In this document: piece after piece, positions 53,277 to 63,892 of the stretch
How positions within the stretch are numbered: position 1 is the first letter of the stretch
Layout of the letters: each line of letters begins with the position of its first letter
Virus record (IMG/VR): IMGVR_UViG_3300037507_003370
Coordinates: 142,292 to 206,291 of that record
DNA: 64,000 nt
Direction: 5' to 3' (one strand)
Source: a virus
Taxonomy: Duplodnaviria; Caudoviricetes
Position numbers and translations under genes: made by a program
The notes under the pieces: model-generated
The model's database searches: none
Told to the model about the DNA's origin: nothing
What the model saw: the letters and a program-made list of their open reading frames with translations, nothing else

Positions 53277-53922
53277 CTTTTATTTCCTTAAATGAATAAA
53301 AATATTCCTCTTCTTCTGATTCACTAATCCATCTACTGCCAGTATTCTCACAACTGAATTCTTTACTAAATACTTTCCAATCTGGTTTTTTGTCGAACTT
53401 TTTTCCTATCCAACTTCCACCATCCATCCACAATACTCTGTTATTTGGCTGAATGAAGTATTGACCATTACCCTCAAATACATGACCGCACTTATGCCCT
53501 GCTGCCATCTCAGCATAATTAAATTGGTATTGTGGCCCAAAACACCAATCTATAGTAAATAGATATTTTACTTTTTCCATAGTTTTATTTTTGAGTATTA
53601 TGTTCGCTGCCCTATTTTTTGTATATGAATTTATATTTATAGAAGCATAATAACTCATACTATCCCAGAGTTGAATCCAATCCAAAGAATAGTCTGTACC
53701 ACCATCTGAAGACGTTCTTAAATAATGAATAGGAACTCTAGCGTGTTGACTACCATATTCTGTCATTATAGAAAACAAACCACATCTTTGAGGTATGCTA
53801 GTAAAACTAAATACTTCTATGGGTATTCTTTTTGCATTTACATCTGGCAACTTATCATATAAAAAAGAAGTGTCTAGATAACAGGCAAAAACAGGAATAT
53901 CTAAATTAAGATAATTACTCAT
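53257..53922 (-). CDS. Conserved phage protein of unknown function
   Basis: ARVPIH, QLWD, YLFTIDW, HKCGH, QPNNR motifs recognised from memory as recurrent in aquatic phages. Confidence 0.65.
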   Translation of the reverse strand: MSNYLNLDIPVFACYLDTSFLYDKLPDVNAKRIPIEVFSFTSIPQRCGLFSIMTEYGSQHARVPIHYLRTSSDGGTDYSLDWIQLWDSMSYYASININSYTKNRAANIILKNKTMEKVKYLFTIDWCFGPQYQFNYAEMAAGHKCGHVFEGNGQYFIQPNNRVLWMDGGSWIGKKFDKKPDWKVFSKEFSCENTGSRWISESEEEEYFYSFKEIKDERKIS

Positions 53923-54804
53923 TTATATTCCATCTCCATTTCTTAACTATTTTTTCCCATACTGGCTTAAAAAAATAAGCAGTAATTACACTAGATATTC
54001 CTCCAATCACACCATTTACTACAGGTGTTGCAACAACAACTGGTACTATGCACTGATTTTCAATATCTTTATTCTGCTGTTGACAATTTGACATCTTCTT
54101 GTTTTTCTAGATATTGTTTTTGATGTTCTACATATTTATCATTAGTCATATGATTATAAATAGCCAGTGCTACTTTACTAACACTAAGAGCAACTCCAGT
54201 AGCATTAGGATCGTCGTTCTTGCACCAGTAATAACTAGCACCGTTCACGCTATCATCTTTCTCTTTTATGATAGAATAACCCCAAGTTTTTGCCCAACTT
54301 TTTACTTCGGTAATTTTAAACATAGTCAACAACCCATATTATCTGTTCGTTTTGGTTTGTCAAGATGTTCTGTAAAAATAGATTCATCTTTGTCGTATCT
54401 TTTCCAGGCCACCTTGTGTTTTATGGCAACAATTTGTTTAGTTTGTTCTGATATAGTTTTTCTTTGATAATCAATCAGATTCCACAATTGTTTGATATAG
54501 TCAAGAACATCGTCATGCTTATACTGAACTAACATTCTATTTATATTAGTTTCACTCATTGGCTCATATTTTAGAGTCAAATCAAATTCTTCACTCCAAT
54601 CGTTTGGATTATACATTGGACTCATTTTTGTAACCATTCTTTAGACTGAAGTTCTTTTTTAAATTGAAATCCGGCTGCAAATCCTTCCATATACAACTTT
54701 TTCATAACAGTAACGTGCTGTTTATTGTGTGAGATATAATCTATATTTTTTGCTACCCACTTATGATAGCTTTTTTCTTCATCACAAAATTCTTCTTCAA
54801 TCAT
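53915..54804 (-). other. Run of small hypothetical CDS (53915..54094, 54069..54332, 54326..54637, 54622..54804)
   Basis: Co-oriented overlapping ORFs; the first was translated by hand. Confidence 0.5.
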
Positions 54805-55412
54805 TGTAGTTTCCTGTATTTTTTGTATATCTTATTGATATCTAAAATAATATGAGGATCAGTATTAATTATAATAGTTTGATCATCATTATCTGTAATA
54901 TAAGCCTGTATTTCATCGTTCAATACTTCTTCAGCATATCCTTTATCTAGAATATATTGTCTTGTTTTAGCCAATCCTCTTTTATTCTTTTTAATATAAG
55001 AATCAATCTCATTTCGATATTTTTCATTAGAATCATAAAGAGCATGAGACAGTTCGTGTCTTAATGTTGCACTATTTTGAGCGCCCATAATATAAAAGTT
55101 ATCATGCCTATATTTAAATAGGTTTAACAATTCAATTTCTTCAGAAGTCAAAGGGTCAAATAGTCCCTGTTTGAAAGGAAGTAATATTCTGCTTGGAAAG
55201 TTAAATCCTGTCCAATCATGGTGATAAGTATCAGCACCATATTTAACAGAATACCATTGTCTAACTACTCCTAGCGTAAATATCTTGCCTCTAAAGTCTG
55301 GATTAGGACTTTCATAGTATTCTTGAAAACGAATAAAAGTTCGCCCTAATTCTTCTTGAGAATCAGCACTTATCCAGACACTATTATATGGTTGGGTTTT
55401 TATTTTAAGCAT
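54801..55412 (-). CDS. Phage protein with HExxH (zincin-like) motif
   Basis: RFQEYYESP, DWTGFNFP, LRHELSHALY, DEIQAY. Confidence 0.55.
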   Translation of the reverse strand: MLKIKTQPYNSVWISADSQEELGRTFIRFQEYYESPNPDFRGKIFTLGVVRQWYSVKYGADTYHHDWTGFNFPSRILLPFKQGLFDPLTSEEIELLNLFKYRHDNFYIMGAQNSATLRHELSHALYDSNEKYRNEIDSYIKKNKRGLAKTRQYILDKGYAEEVLNDEIQAYITDNDDQTIIINTDPHIILDINKIYKKYRKLQ

Positions 55413-56173
55413 TTTCGTATGATGGATTGTTATCTGGACTCATATAACCATCATAAGCCTGCTCAAGATATTCAACAACCTTTAGTTTCCATAAAGGAAT
55501 AATATTCTCATTTTGTATAGAATCATCAAGCACCTCAATTAAACACTGAAGCGTTCTATCAAACCCTATTTCATTGACAAATTGTTTTAATTGATCATTA
55601 TTCTTCATTTTAAAATCTTATCCGATTCATTCAGCGGAGGGTCTTGTTTAATCTGACCAGAACTGTAGTCCATGTATTTAAAGTTTGCTCTGCAAAGATC
55701 AACAGCATCGTATACTGCTTGATTAAGAGGAGTATGACCCTTGATGGCACGTTCCAAATTTGTTCTGACAGTAGCCACAACTTTTGTTAGAGCCGAATTT
55801 CTTTCTTCCATACTCTTAATTATATTGTCTTTTTCAACCAAACTACTTTGAATCGTCCAAATTGCCTCAATAGTATTCATATATTATCTCCAATGGTTAT
55901 CTCTAGTATACCACATCGACAATCTGTTGTCAAGACTTTAATTTTACGGGTCAGGGTAGAGTTTTATATATCGTATATATCTTCTAATTTTTCTTTTAAA
56001 AATGAATTTTCTCTATATAACCTATTATTTAATGTCATAGCATCTTGAATATTTTTTGGATGATCATAATGTATTATATTAATGTCTTCTATAATGTGTC
56101 TCATTCTCTCATTATCAATGAGTAAAGCCTTATTCTCGCTAGTAATTTTTTCTATATTTTTTTCAATAATCAT
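55405..56173 (-). other. Three small hypothetical CDS (55405..55608, 55605..55880, 55964..56173)
   Basis: Co-oriented ORFs. Confidence 0.5.
55905..55933 (-). promoter_or_regulatory. Promoter TTGACA-N17-TATACT
   Basis: Extended TG; GTCGATG in the spacer. Confidence 0.8.
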
Positions 56174-56631
56174 TTTTTAGAACCTTTTGTATCTCTATTT
56201 ATTGACGAAGATCCGAAATTACGATTGGTATTAATTGAACCATTTGACCATCTGGTTTGAGAGCCATTACCGTAAGGTTGAACTATTCCAGAAGTTGTTC
56301 TACCAGATGATGTTGTATTGTTTATTATTGTACTATTTCCTAATTTACTAGTTTTTGTTGTAGAACCGTCGCTCCATCTTGTGATAGATCCATTATTTGT
56401 TGGAGAAGTAATGCCTGTTGTAGTTTTGCCATTGCTATTTGTTTCTCTAGTAATAGAACTCTTACCGAATGGCTGGGTTTGACTTTTTGAACCATCTGAT
56501 CTATTTGTTAGAGTACCATTATTCGTTGGTTTGGTGATGCTGGTTCTATTAGTTGACAAGTCTGGCCTATTTTTTGTTTGATAGTCAGCAGCTAAAAAGA
56601 AAACACACATAATTGCTAAAATAATTTTCAT
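56170..56631 (-). CDS. Secreted Ser/Thr/Gly/Asn-rich protein with three internal repeats
   Basis: Signal peptide MKIILAIMCVFFLAA; repeats PTNNGTLTNRSDGS / PTNNGSITRWSDGS / PYGNGSQTRWSNGS. Confidence 0.65.
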   Translation of the reverse strand: MKIILAIMCVFFLAADYQTKNRPDLSTNRTSITKPTNNGTLTNRSDGSKSQTQPFGKSSITRETNSNGKTTTGITSPTNNGSITRWSDGSTTKTSKLGNSTIINNTTSSGRTTSGIVQPYGNGSQTRWSNGSINTNRNFGSSSINRDTKGSKK

Positions 56632-58395
56632 TGTTCTATATCCTTTTCAATTTGAGTAAAATTTACAATGTTCGGCCCTTTATCAGCATCAAATAATATT
56701 TTTTGTTCTTCTCTTAATGTCGCAATTTCTTTACGTTGAGTTCTTACTTCTAATTTCAAACTCTGAACAGTATTTTTTAAATTTTCATTATCTTTTATCA
56801 GAGAATTAATATAATCGTCTATGTCCATTCTTTTTCTAACTTATCTAAGGTTAACTTAACCATTCCGTCATCATAAAAACAATCTTCTTTGCTTGCTACT
56901 AATTCTTTATACTTCTCAGGCCAGATATTATACAAGGTATTCATGATGGTTTGACCATATCTCAACTCAAACGCATAATGATTATAAGTATCGTCTACAA
57001 GTTGTAGAAAGTCTTTAAATGAAATTTTATTCGACATCATACCACTCCGGAAAATCTAGTAGATATAAATCTGCAAAAGGAGCATTAACGCCATCATTAA
57101 TACTACTTCCTAATATTGGCGATTCTTCTTGAGCCATCATCTTCTAATTCCTTTACTCTATTTTGTAGAATATTGAACTGTTTTTCCGTTACCATTTCAA
57201 TTTTAATAAGAGTTTCCAGAGTATCCTGTGTGATCTTTAGTGTTTTATCCTGAATATAATTTCCGGCCAGTATCAATCCTATTGAGAAATATGCTACGCA
57301 GAGTAGAATAAAATTAATAGTATCGTTTTTCATTTAATCTACCATTATTTTTTCGTTTAAATCCACAACTATCTCTACTCCATCAAAAGAACACTCTGTA
57401 CCAAGTCCATTTGTTGCATAACGCAACTTAAATTGTACATTGAATATTCCGCTAACTCCTTGATTCTGATAAAGATACTTTATAATAGCATCCTTAACAT
57501 CTTCATCGCTCATAGTAATATGAGTCTTATTATTAATTTTCATTTACAAAGTCCTTTAGTTTTTTAATAGCACTGTCGATAGTTTTAACAACCGCCCCAC
57601 TTAATGCGTAGTCTTTTTTATAGGATGCTAGAGCATCTAGCATCTTCCATGCTTCGTTTTTGTTAATATCAATACTCATACAAATAATCTGTCCTTTAGT
57701 AATTCTGCAATAGTTTCATTAATATTGATTCCGTTTACAACCATAGTTTTGTCAGAATCATATTCGTCAATTTCCATATATTTCATAGCGTTATTGAAAC
57801 ACCAAAAGATAGCAAACTTTTGTTCAGTTGTTAAACTCGTCATTAGTTATACTCTGGTGGATTCCAGTTGGGCCAATATTTTTTTGGTTCAGCGTTTTGT
57901 GGATGATAATACCTTTGTGTATGCAAACTTTCTACTTTACCTATTAGTTCCTTCACTCTTTGTTCAAGATGAACTAATGACTCTAATACCACATCAATCT
58001 TTTGTTTGACGGGCTTTTTCTTTTTAGAAACTTTCTTCTTCATTATTTGATCCCTTTAAAAGTTTACGACTTTCATTCATATATTCATCATGATCTCTTA
58101 CTGTCCATCCCATCATCATAAGGTCAAGTTTAATTTCATCAGTAACAAAACCTTCTCCAACGTCGCCTTCTTCACCACCAATTCCAGAACAATAAAAGTC
58201 TAAATATGATTCTCCGCAACCTCTAATATCAGCAATTATTCCACCACTCATTCTCCATGAGCAAGTCCATGTCTTATCTCCATACAAGAATTGGTTGTTA
58301 CAAAGAGCGGCATAAAGATTTTGAGAGTAAATGTCGCTAGTTTTACATTTAGTCACAATGCGTTCATTATTAATAAGATGTTGTTCTAAGTCCAC
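56628..58395 (-). other. Run of small hypothetical CDS (56628..56828, 56819..57040, 57103..57333, 57334..57543, 57843..58043, 58024..58395 plus two <60-aa ORFs near 57540-57844)
   Basis: Dense co-oriented ORFs typical of a phage early region. Confidence 0.5.
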
Positions 58396-59117
58396 AGTGA
58401 ACTCCTTATCTTAATTAGTTCAATTAATTTTTCAGTATCTTCTTCCTCATACTTATGTTCCATCTCATCAATTTTACGATAGTAATATTTACCATCTTTC
58501 TCTTTAGTAAACAAATCGTATGGACTAGCCCTATAATCTCTATCCAACCACCAATTGTAAAGTTGTAAAATCTTCTGAGAGTCTATAGACTGTGCTGTTG
58601 GCTTATTATAATCTTCATCTTCTGGATTGAAACCATAATCTTCATTCAATTTTAATTGACCAGCCCAGTTTAGATAATCCAAACCCGCTTGTTTACATCG
58701 TCCTTTAACGAACTTATATTTTCGTTCTGGATATGCTTTCATCAAATGAGCCTGCTCACTCTCAACAAAAATAACCAACTCATTAAAAAGACCATGAAGA
58801 ATTCTATGATCTAGGTCATAATATTCTCCCGGCTTTAATCCTGTACGAAGATAATGAAGTTTATCAATGAATCTATTGCGAATATAAACTTCTATGGTAT
58901 GATAAATATCCATTGGAAAATTCACAATATCTTGCAAAAAATCCAGTCCTTTTTCTGCTAACCAATAACGATAAGGATGTTTCTTTGCCGATGTTTCTCT
59001 CCACTGTTGCCATTCATCCCAAGGCAAAGCACAAGGTTTTTCTTCGCCTCTAATAAGATTAGCGAAGTTTGAACAACTCCAGTAATTGATTCGACTTCTT
59101 TTCTTTAGTTTAAACAT
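58386..59117 (-). CDS. Conserved phage hypothetical protein
   Basis: 243-aa ORF; YWSCS..ANLIRG, LYNWW, LIKIRSSLWT. Confidence 0.65.
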   Translation of the reverse strand: MFKLKKRSRINYWSCSNFANLIRGEEKPCALPWDEWQQWRETSAKKHPYRYWLAEKGLDFLQDIVNFPMDIYHTIEVYIRNRFIDKLHYLRTGLKPGEYYDLDHRILHGLFNELVIFVESEQAHLMKAYPERKYKFVKGRCKQAGLDYLNWAGQLKLNEDYGFNPEDEDYNKPTAQSIDSQKILQLYNWWLDRDYRASPYDLFTKEKDGKYYYRKIDEMEHKYEEEDTEKLIELIKIRSSLWT

Positions 59118-61532
59118 TATAGATCAATATTTACTTCGTAATTGTTGAGCATCTTATAGAATTCTTCTCTTATACTATATACGGCATTATCCGCACTATT
59201 AAACTGATGTCCATATTTTTCCCACTCTCGTAGTTGTTGACTAAATTGCCACAACATACGCTGAGATTTTTGTGCTTGGTTCATTATGTCATACTGAGCC
59301 TTATCTTCTGGAATATCCAGATCAAAATTAAATGTGGCTTTCATAATGGAAAATAACACTTCCCTTCTAGTGGATCTTTTTCATGTGGATAATTAAATGG
59401 TTCTAAAACTTTTCGTCGTTTGTCTTTAATAAAATTTAATACTTCAGCAAAACAATTTTCACAAATTTGAATATCATATTGAGTACCATCTTGATTGGAA
59501 CAATATCCCCAAGTAGCACTTAGTTCAGCATATTCATGGTCTATGTCTTTGGAGCAATTTTCTCCACAACAATCACAATGAATCCTGTCAAGAACTTTAA
59601 CTGTTTTTTTCTTATAGGTTTTCATTTGTATCTTTGTCTACCATAACACTGATTAATTCTTGGTCTTGATGGATCTTTAATCACATTAGAAAATGTTTGC
59701 TCTTCTAATGCTCTGTTAATATCAACAGCAGTATTGTAAGATTCACAAGGATTGTGATATTTTCCCCATCCCATTCGTAAATATAAATCTTCCATGCTTT
59801 CGTCTAGTGTTTTAGGACTAAAACAACCAAACAGGTTGCAGAAACCTTTCCAAAAACTATTCATGTTTATTCTCCTTAGAATGTTGTTCGTCCCAAGTTT
59901 GCTGAGTATGCCATTGTCCCGTACTTAAATCTTTGCTACTAAAAGTTCCCATTCCCATACATTCACTACACGCTGCCATATCTATTTTCGGCCCAGCAAC
60001 AGCATATTCTTGAAGTAAAGTTTGGTATTTGTTTTCAACAGTATCACAGTATTCATAACCGTCGCCATAAGGTAGTTTAACACACTTTTCACATTTGTCA
60101 ACCATCATATGATGATTTAAAAATAATGCCAGTGACGCATCCATCATGAGTTTATTTATATCTGTAGAAATTTCTCCCTTACCTTTGCAGAATGAACAAA
60201 CTATTAGTGGAGGTTCTGATTCTTTTTGTATATTCTTTTTATAGAAACTATTTAAACAGGATACTCCGGTTAAAGCAACAGCAAAAATAACTATTGTGAT
60301 ATAAAACAAACCTAGTAGATCTTTTTCGTCCTCAATCATATCCTATTATCCACTCTATTTCATGAAATTTAAAAGTTTTATTCAGTTGTTTACAATGCAC
60401 TACTGGATGATAGCCCCATAAATATACTACTTCTCCTTTTGTCCAACCAATCTCGTCTGGCTTATAAAACCATACTGGATCAGATTGCCTTAAGGTATAT
60501 TGTTGACATAATGGTTTTGATATATTCTTTTTATGAAGTGGATTCAGAAGAAATGTAGTAAATAGTACCAAAATAATTGGCAAAGTTATTAGCCAAAGGT
60601 CTGATGCTTGCATATAACTCTTATATCTTCGATGAGGATTCATAGTTTAATTTTGCTTACTCCGTAAAGTATAGATCGTGCCAATAATATGCCACAACAT
60701 ACTTCTACTATTTTAAGCAGACTTAGGTACAACATTATACTTAACTTCCTTGTTGTGACTCTTTGGCTTTTTGTAGCCCATAAATACTGTGCTAGTAATA
60801 ACCCCCATACCAGTTATGAGGGTTACTACTATGCCTACGATAAATATGGTAAGATTGCTCATTTGAATAAATTTCCCAGAGAAAGAATACTTGGAACCCA
60901 CAATCCTACGAATAGTGCCTGTTGCTTGTTGAGGTCACTATCTCCTGCGAACCATAGTGTAACACTAAAAACAAAACTAGCAAATGCGGCCACAAGAAAA
61001 TAATTTCGACTGTTCATAATATTCCTTTTTGTTAAATTTGAAACTCTTTTAGTATCTCTAATATTCGTCGGGCTAACGATGCACCGCCGACAATTCTTCC
61101 ATCAGTATAATCTTCTCCATATCCAGCAGAAGATTCATGATCCTTTTGTTTTTTGATTTTTTGATTACACAACTTGATAACTTCAAGTATTTTGTCTTTT
61201 TGAGTTTGGTTCATTGGTTAGTAGTAATCAATACCCTCAATAGGTGACTCATCAATAAGACCATCCATAGTCTCTTTCATAGCATCCCTACAACTTTGTT
61301 TTACTCTTTCGTGATGTTCATTATGAAGTTTCACAATGTATTCGGCGGTTTGTTGATCCAAATCCCCAGCATCAGCAATAATATATTCCTCTTCATCATC
61401 TGGTGACGTTGATTCTGTATAGAGTATTGGTTCAACTGGAACGATTCTTTTACACCAACAATTTGATACATGACATTCAACGGCTTTCCACTTTACTAGG
61501 AAAGATAATTCTTTTGCTTGTTCAAAGTTCAT
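59117..61532 (-). other. Run of small hypothetical CDS (59117..59359, 59341..59625, 59622..59864, 59857..60339, 60332..60643, 60713..60901, 61032..61214, 61218..61532); several carry CxxC pairs or TM helices
   Basis: Co-oriented, mostly overlapping ORFs. Confidence 0.5.
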
Positions 61533-61588
61533 TTTGGTGTATTGTATTATAGAGATGTGTTGCAGACATTTCTGAACCCGTACAATTC

Positions 61589-61617
61589 ATTATACCAGAA
61601 GCCTGAGTGTTTGTCAA
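61589..61617 (-). promoter_or_regulatory. Promoter TTGACA-N17-TATAAT
   Basis: Perfect consensus with extended TG; restarts minus-strand transcription past the HNH gene. Confidence 0.85.
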
Positions 61618-61660
61618 CTGCAACTTGACAACATTTGGGCTTTCTGTGTTTGAGGAATCT

Positions 61661-62290
61661 ATGATTACAAAAATATGTACATTATGTAAAAAAGATAAAG
61701 AATTAGATGAATATTATTTAGATAGTCGTATGCTATGTGGAAGAACATCTGGATGTAAAGAGTGTTTATCTTATAAAAATAAAATACAGAAAAGAAAAAA
61801 ATACGATTTCAAACCTAGAGTAAAAAACCATAATTTACCTTCGTACTACAGTAGGAATAAGGAAAGACTATTATTAAGGAAAAAAGAATATGATGATAAT
61901 CCAATTAACAAAGAAAAAAGAAAACAATATATCAAAGAATACAACCGCAAACAAAGATTACTGAATAAATCTTATAAAGTAAGAGATAATATAAGTAGAA
62001 GAATTCGTTCTGCTATTAATAATGGCTATAAAAGTAAAAAAACCTTGGAATTATTAGGATGCTCTATAGAGGAACTCAAAAAATATTTGGAAAAACAATT
62101 TAGAGAAGGTATGAGTTGGAAAAATTATGGATTATATGGTTGGCATATAGATCATATAATACCATGTTCTAGTTTTGATTTAACAAATATAGATCAACAA
62201 AAAATTTGTTTCCATTATACTAATTTACAACCATTATGGGCTAAAGATAATTTATCTAAAGGAAATAAAAGCAGCATTTCAATCTTATAG
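61661..62290 (+). CDS. HNH homing-type endonuclease (paralog of 39533..40156)
   Basis: Start MITKICTLC after a GAGG RBS; WHIDHIIPC..HYTNLQPLWAKDNLSK. Confidence 0.87.
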   Translation: MITKICTLCKKDKELDEYYLDSRMLCGRTSGCKECLSYKNKIQKRKKYDFKPRVKNHNLPSYYSRNKERLLLRKKEYDDNPINKEKRKQYIKEYNRKQRLLNKSYKVRDNISRRIRSAINNGYKSKKTLELLGCSIEELKKYLEKQFREGMSWKNYGLYGWHIDHIIPCSSFDLTNIDQQKICFHYTNLQPLWAKDNLSKGNKSSISIL

Positions 62291-62297
62291 AAACCCT

Positions 62298-62353
62298 GCC
62301 GAAACTTTACGGATGGTTGATTATGGGACTACCCGCGATCCCAACCTTTCGGC
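62298..62353 (-). ncRNA. Small structured RNA candidate with nested pseudoknot
   Basis: GCCGAAA/TTTCGGC, GGTT/AACC and GGGAT/GTCCC stems; loop GCGGGT complementary to bulge ATCCGT; directly after a consensus promoter. Confidence 0.55.
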
Positions 62354-62365
62354 ATCAACATTTTC

Positions 62366-62394
62366 ATTATATCAGACATTTCAGCCTTTGTCAA
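62366..62394 (-). promoter_or_regulatory. Promoter TTGACA-N17-TATAAT
   Basis: Perfect consensus with extended TG; no co-oriented ORF follows. Confidence 0.85.
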
Positions 62395-63014
62395 TAGCCG
62401 TATACATCACCCTTGGTTAAAATTTCTGTTTCCAACTCGTTCAAACACCTAAAATCTGTACCATTAATAACTTTTCTCCAACTCTGATGAAAATGACCAA
62501 ATCGCCAGAACTTAGGCTGATGAATATTAAATAGTTCTTCTAAAGCCCAACTAGTAATATTCTCATAAATCTTAGCACCCGGAGGAAGAAGATAAGAATA
62601 AAGACTTTGAGGACAATCATGAGTTATTACAACATCTGGTTTAGTCTCACGATATAGTTCTCTAGCCTTCATAAAGTCTTCAATTTTTACCTGCTCATCT
62701 TCCCACCAATCAATACCTATTGTACGATATTGTCGGTCAATACTATAAGCACCACGATAATAAAAGAACTCTATTCTGTTCAGACTTGTATATCCATAGT
62801 CTCCCAAAAAATGAGGATAATTATAACAAGTATTATAATTGTCATGATTGCCTGGCAATATAAGATGTCTTGTAGAATCTATATTTTTCAATGTATCATA
62901 CTTAAACCCAAAATCCCCTATCTGTAGAGTGTACGGATTTTCTGCCTGACGAGACAGTATACGATGATACTTCTCATACTTACCATGAACGTCGCCAATT
63001 AATGTAATACTCAT
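62391..63014 (-). CDS. Calcineurin-like metallophosphoesterase
   Basis: IGDVHG, IGDFG, GNHD, ITHDCP, GHFH. Confidence 0.9.
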   Translation of the reverse strand: MSITLIGDVHGKYEKYHRILSRQAENPYTLQIGDFGFKYDTLKNIDSTRHLILPGNHDNYNTCYNYPHFLGDYGYTSLNRIEFFYYRGAYSIDRQYRTIGIDWWEDEQVKIEDFMKARELYRETKPDVVITHDCPQSLYSYLLPPGAKIYENITSWALEELFNIHQPKFWRFGHFHQSWRKVINGTDFRCLNELETEILTKGDVYGY

Positions 63015-63679
63015 ATAAAAGTTTCTAGTTTTATTTCGCCGTCTTTAACAGTTAGATAAGTGCAACTTTTTTCTGTCCAACACCCACTATTAGCATACCA
63101 TACAACATGGTCTTTGTCAATGATTGGATAATGAGTATGTCCTAAACAAACACAATCAATAGTTTTGTTTATAGCATATCCCCTTGACTTTTGCATCATA
63201 TGCTCATTACATCTAAGATATATTTTAGATCGCTGCTTGATAAATTGTGGCAGAAATCTTTTATCAAATCTTTGAATAGTTCTATAGAAAAAATCTGCTA
63301 TCTTTGTAGTATTAGGATATTTGTAGATAAAATCATCAAACTGGTCGCCATGCAAGCACAAAAAGTTTTTATTTCCACTAGAAAAAACGTATTCGTTCTT
63401 AAAATCTATACCAATTAAATGAGAGATGGTTTCAGCATCACCATCATGGTTGCCCCTAATCCAAATAATCTCTACATATTTACTCATTCGTCGCAATAAA
63501 GATAGTATCTTCCAATGATTCTTCTTTAGTCTGCGAAAATCCAGATTGTCAAAAAAGTCCCCATTAATAATAAGCCTATTTGTTTTAGAAAATACTAGTT
63601 CTAGAAAAGCATACAATTGTTTGCTTTCACAAACATCGCTTCCTAAATGAGTATCACTTATTATTATTGCATCCAGCAT
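63011..63679 (-). CDS. LpxH-like metallophosphoesterase (UDP-2,3-diacylglucosamine hydrolase family)
   Basis: SDTHLG, NGDFFD, GNHD, LHGDQFD, GHTH, NSGCW. Confidence 0.85.
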   Translation of the reverse strand: MLDAIIISDTHLGSDVCESKQLYAFLELVFSKTNRLIINGDFFDNLDFRRLKKNHWKILSLLRRMSKYVEIIWIRGNHDGDAETISHLIGIDFKNEYVFSSGNKNFLCLHGDQFDDFIYKYPNTTKIADFFYRTIQRFDKRFLPQFIKQRSKIYLRCNEHMMQKSRGYAINKTIDCVCLGHTHYPIIDKDHVVWYANSGCWTEKSCTYLTVKDGEIKLETFI

Positions 63680-63892
63680 TTATCTATACTCATCAAGTTT
63701 CAATGCTTGACTAAAAACCTCAAACAATTTATCGGAATGACACTTCAATAAAATAGCAAGACCATTAAGAGCATTAGAGATTTCATCTTGACTAAGATTA
63801 CCATTTAATACAGAGTCACTCAAATCATTAATATGAGTAACAAAGTTATAAGTATCAGTAATTTTGCTTTCTAAATCAAATCTGTCGGCCAT
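63680..63892 (-). CDS. Conserved small phage protein
   Basis: 70-aa ORF, AGGA RBS. Confidence 0.55.
   Translation of the reverse strand: MADRFDLESKITDTYNFVTHINDLSDSVLNGNLSQDEISNALNGLAILLKCHSDKLFEVFSQALKLDEYR

Noticed and set aside
54338-54365. Additional promoter (TTGACA with GATAAT/TAATAT)
   Set aside because: The -10 match and spacing are poor and there is no CGATA box; not counted.
62298-62353. Assignment to twister or hammerhead ribozyme
   Set aside because: It lacks the twister UAA cleavage site and YCCYAAGC loop, and the hammerhead CUGANGA core; left unassigned.
295-63418. Many short ORFs antisense to or nested in clear genes (e.g. 295..510, 2284..2532, 31533..32021, 33534..34550, 49109..49564, 60689..61003)
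   Set aside because: They overlap well-supported genes on the other strand or frame, with no RBS or recognisable motifs; they are shadow ORFs.
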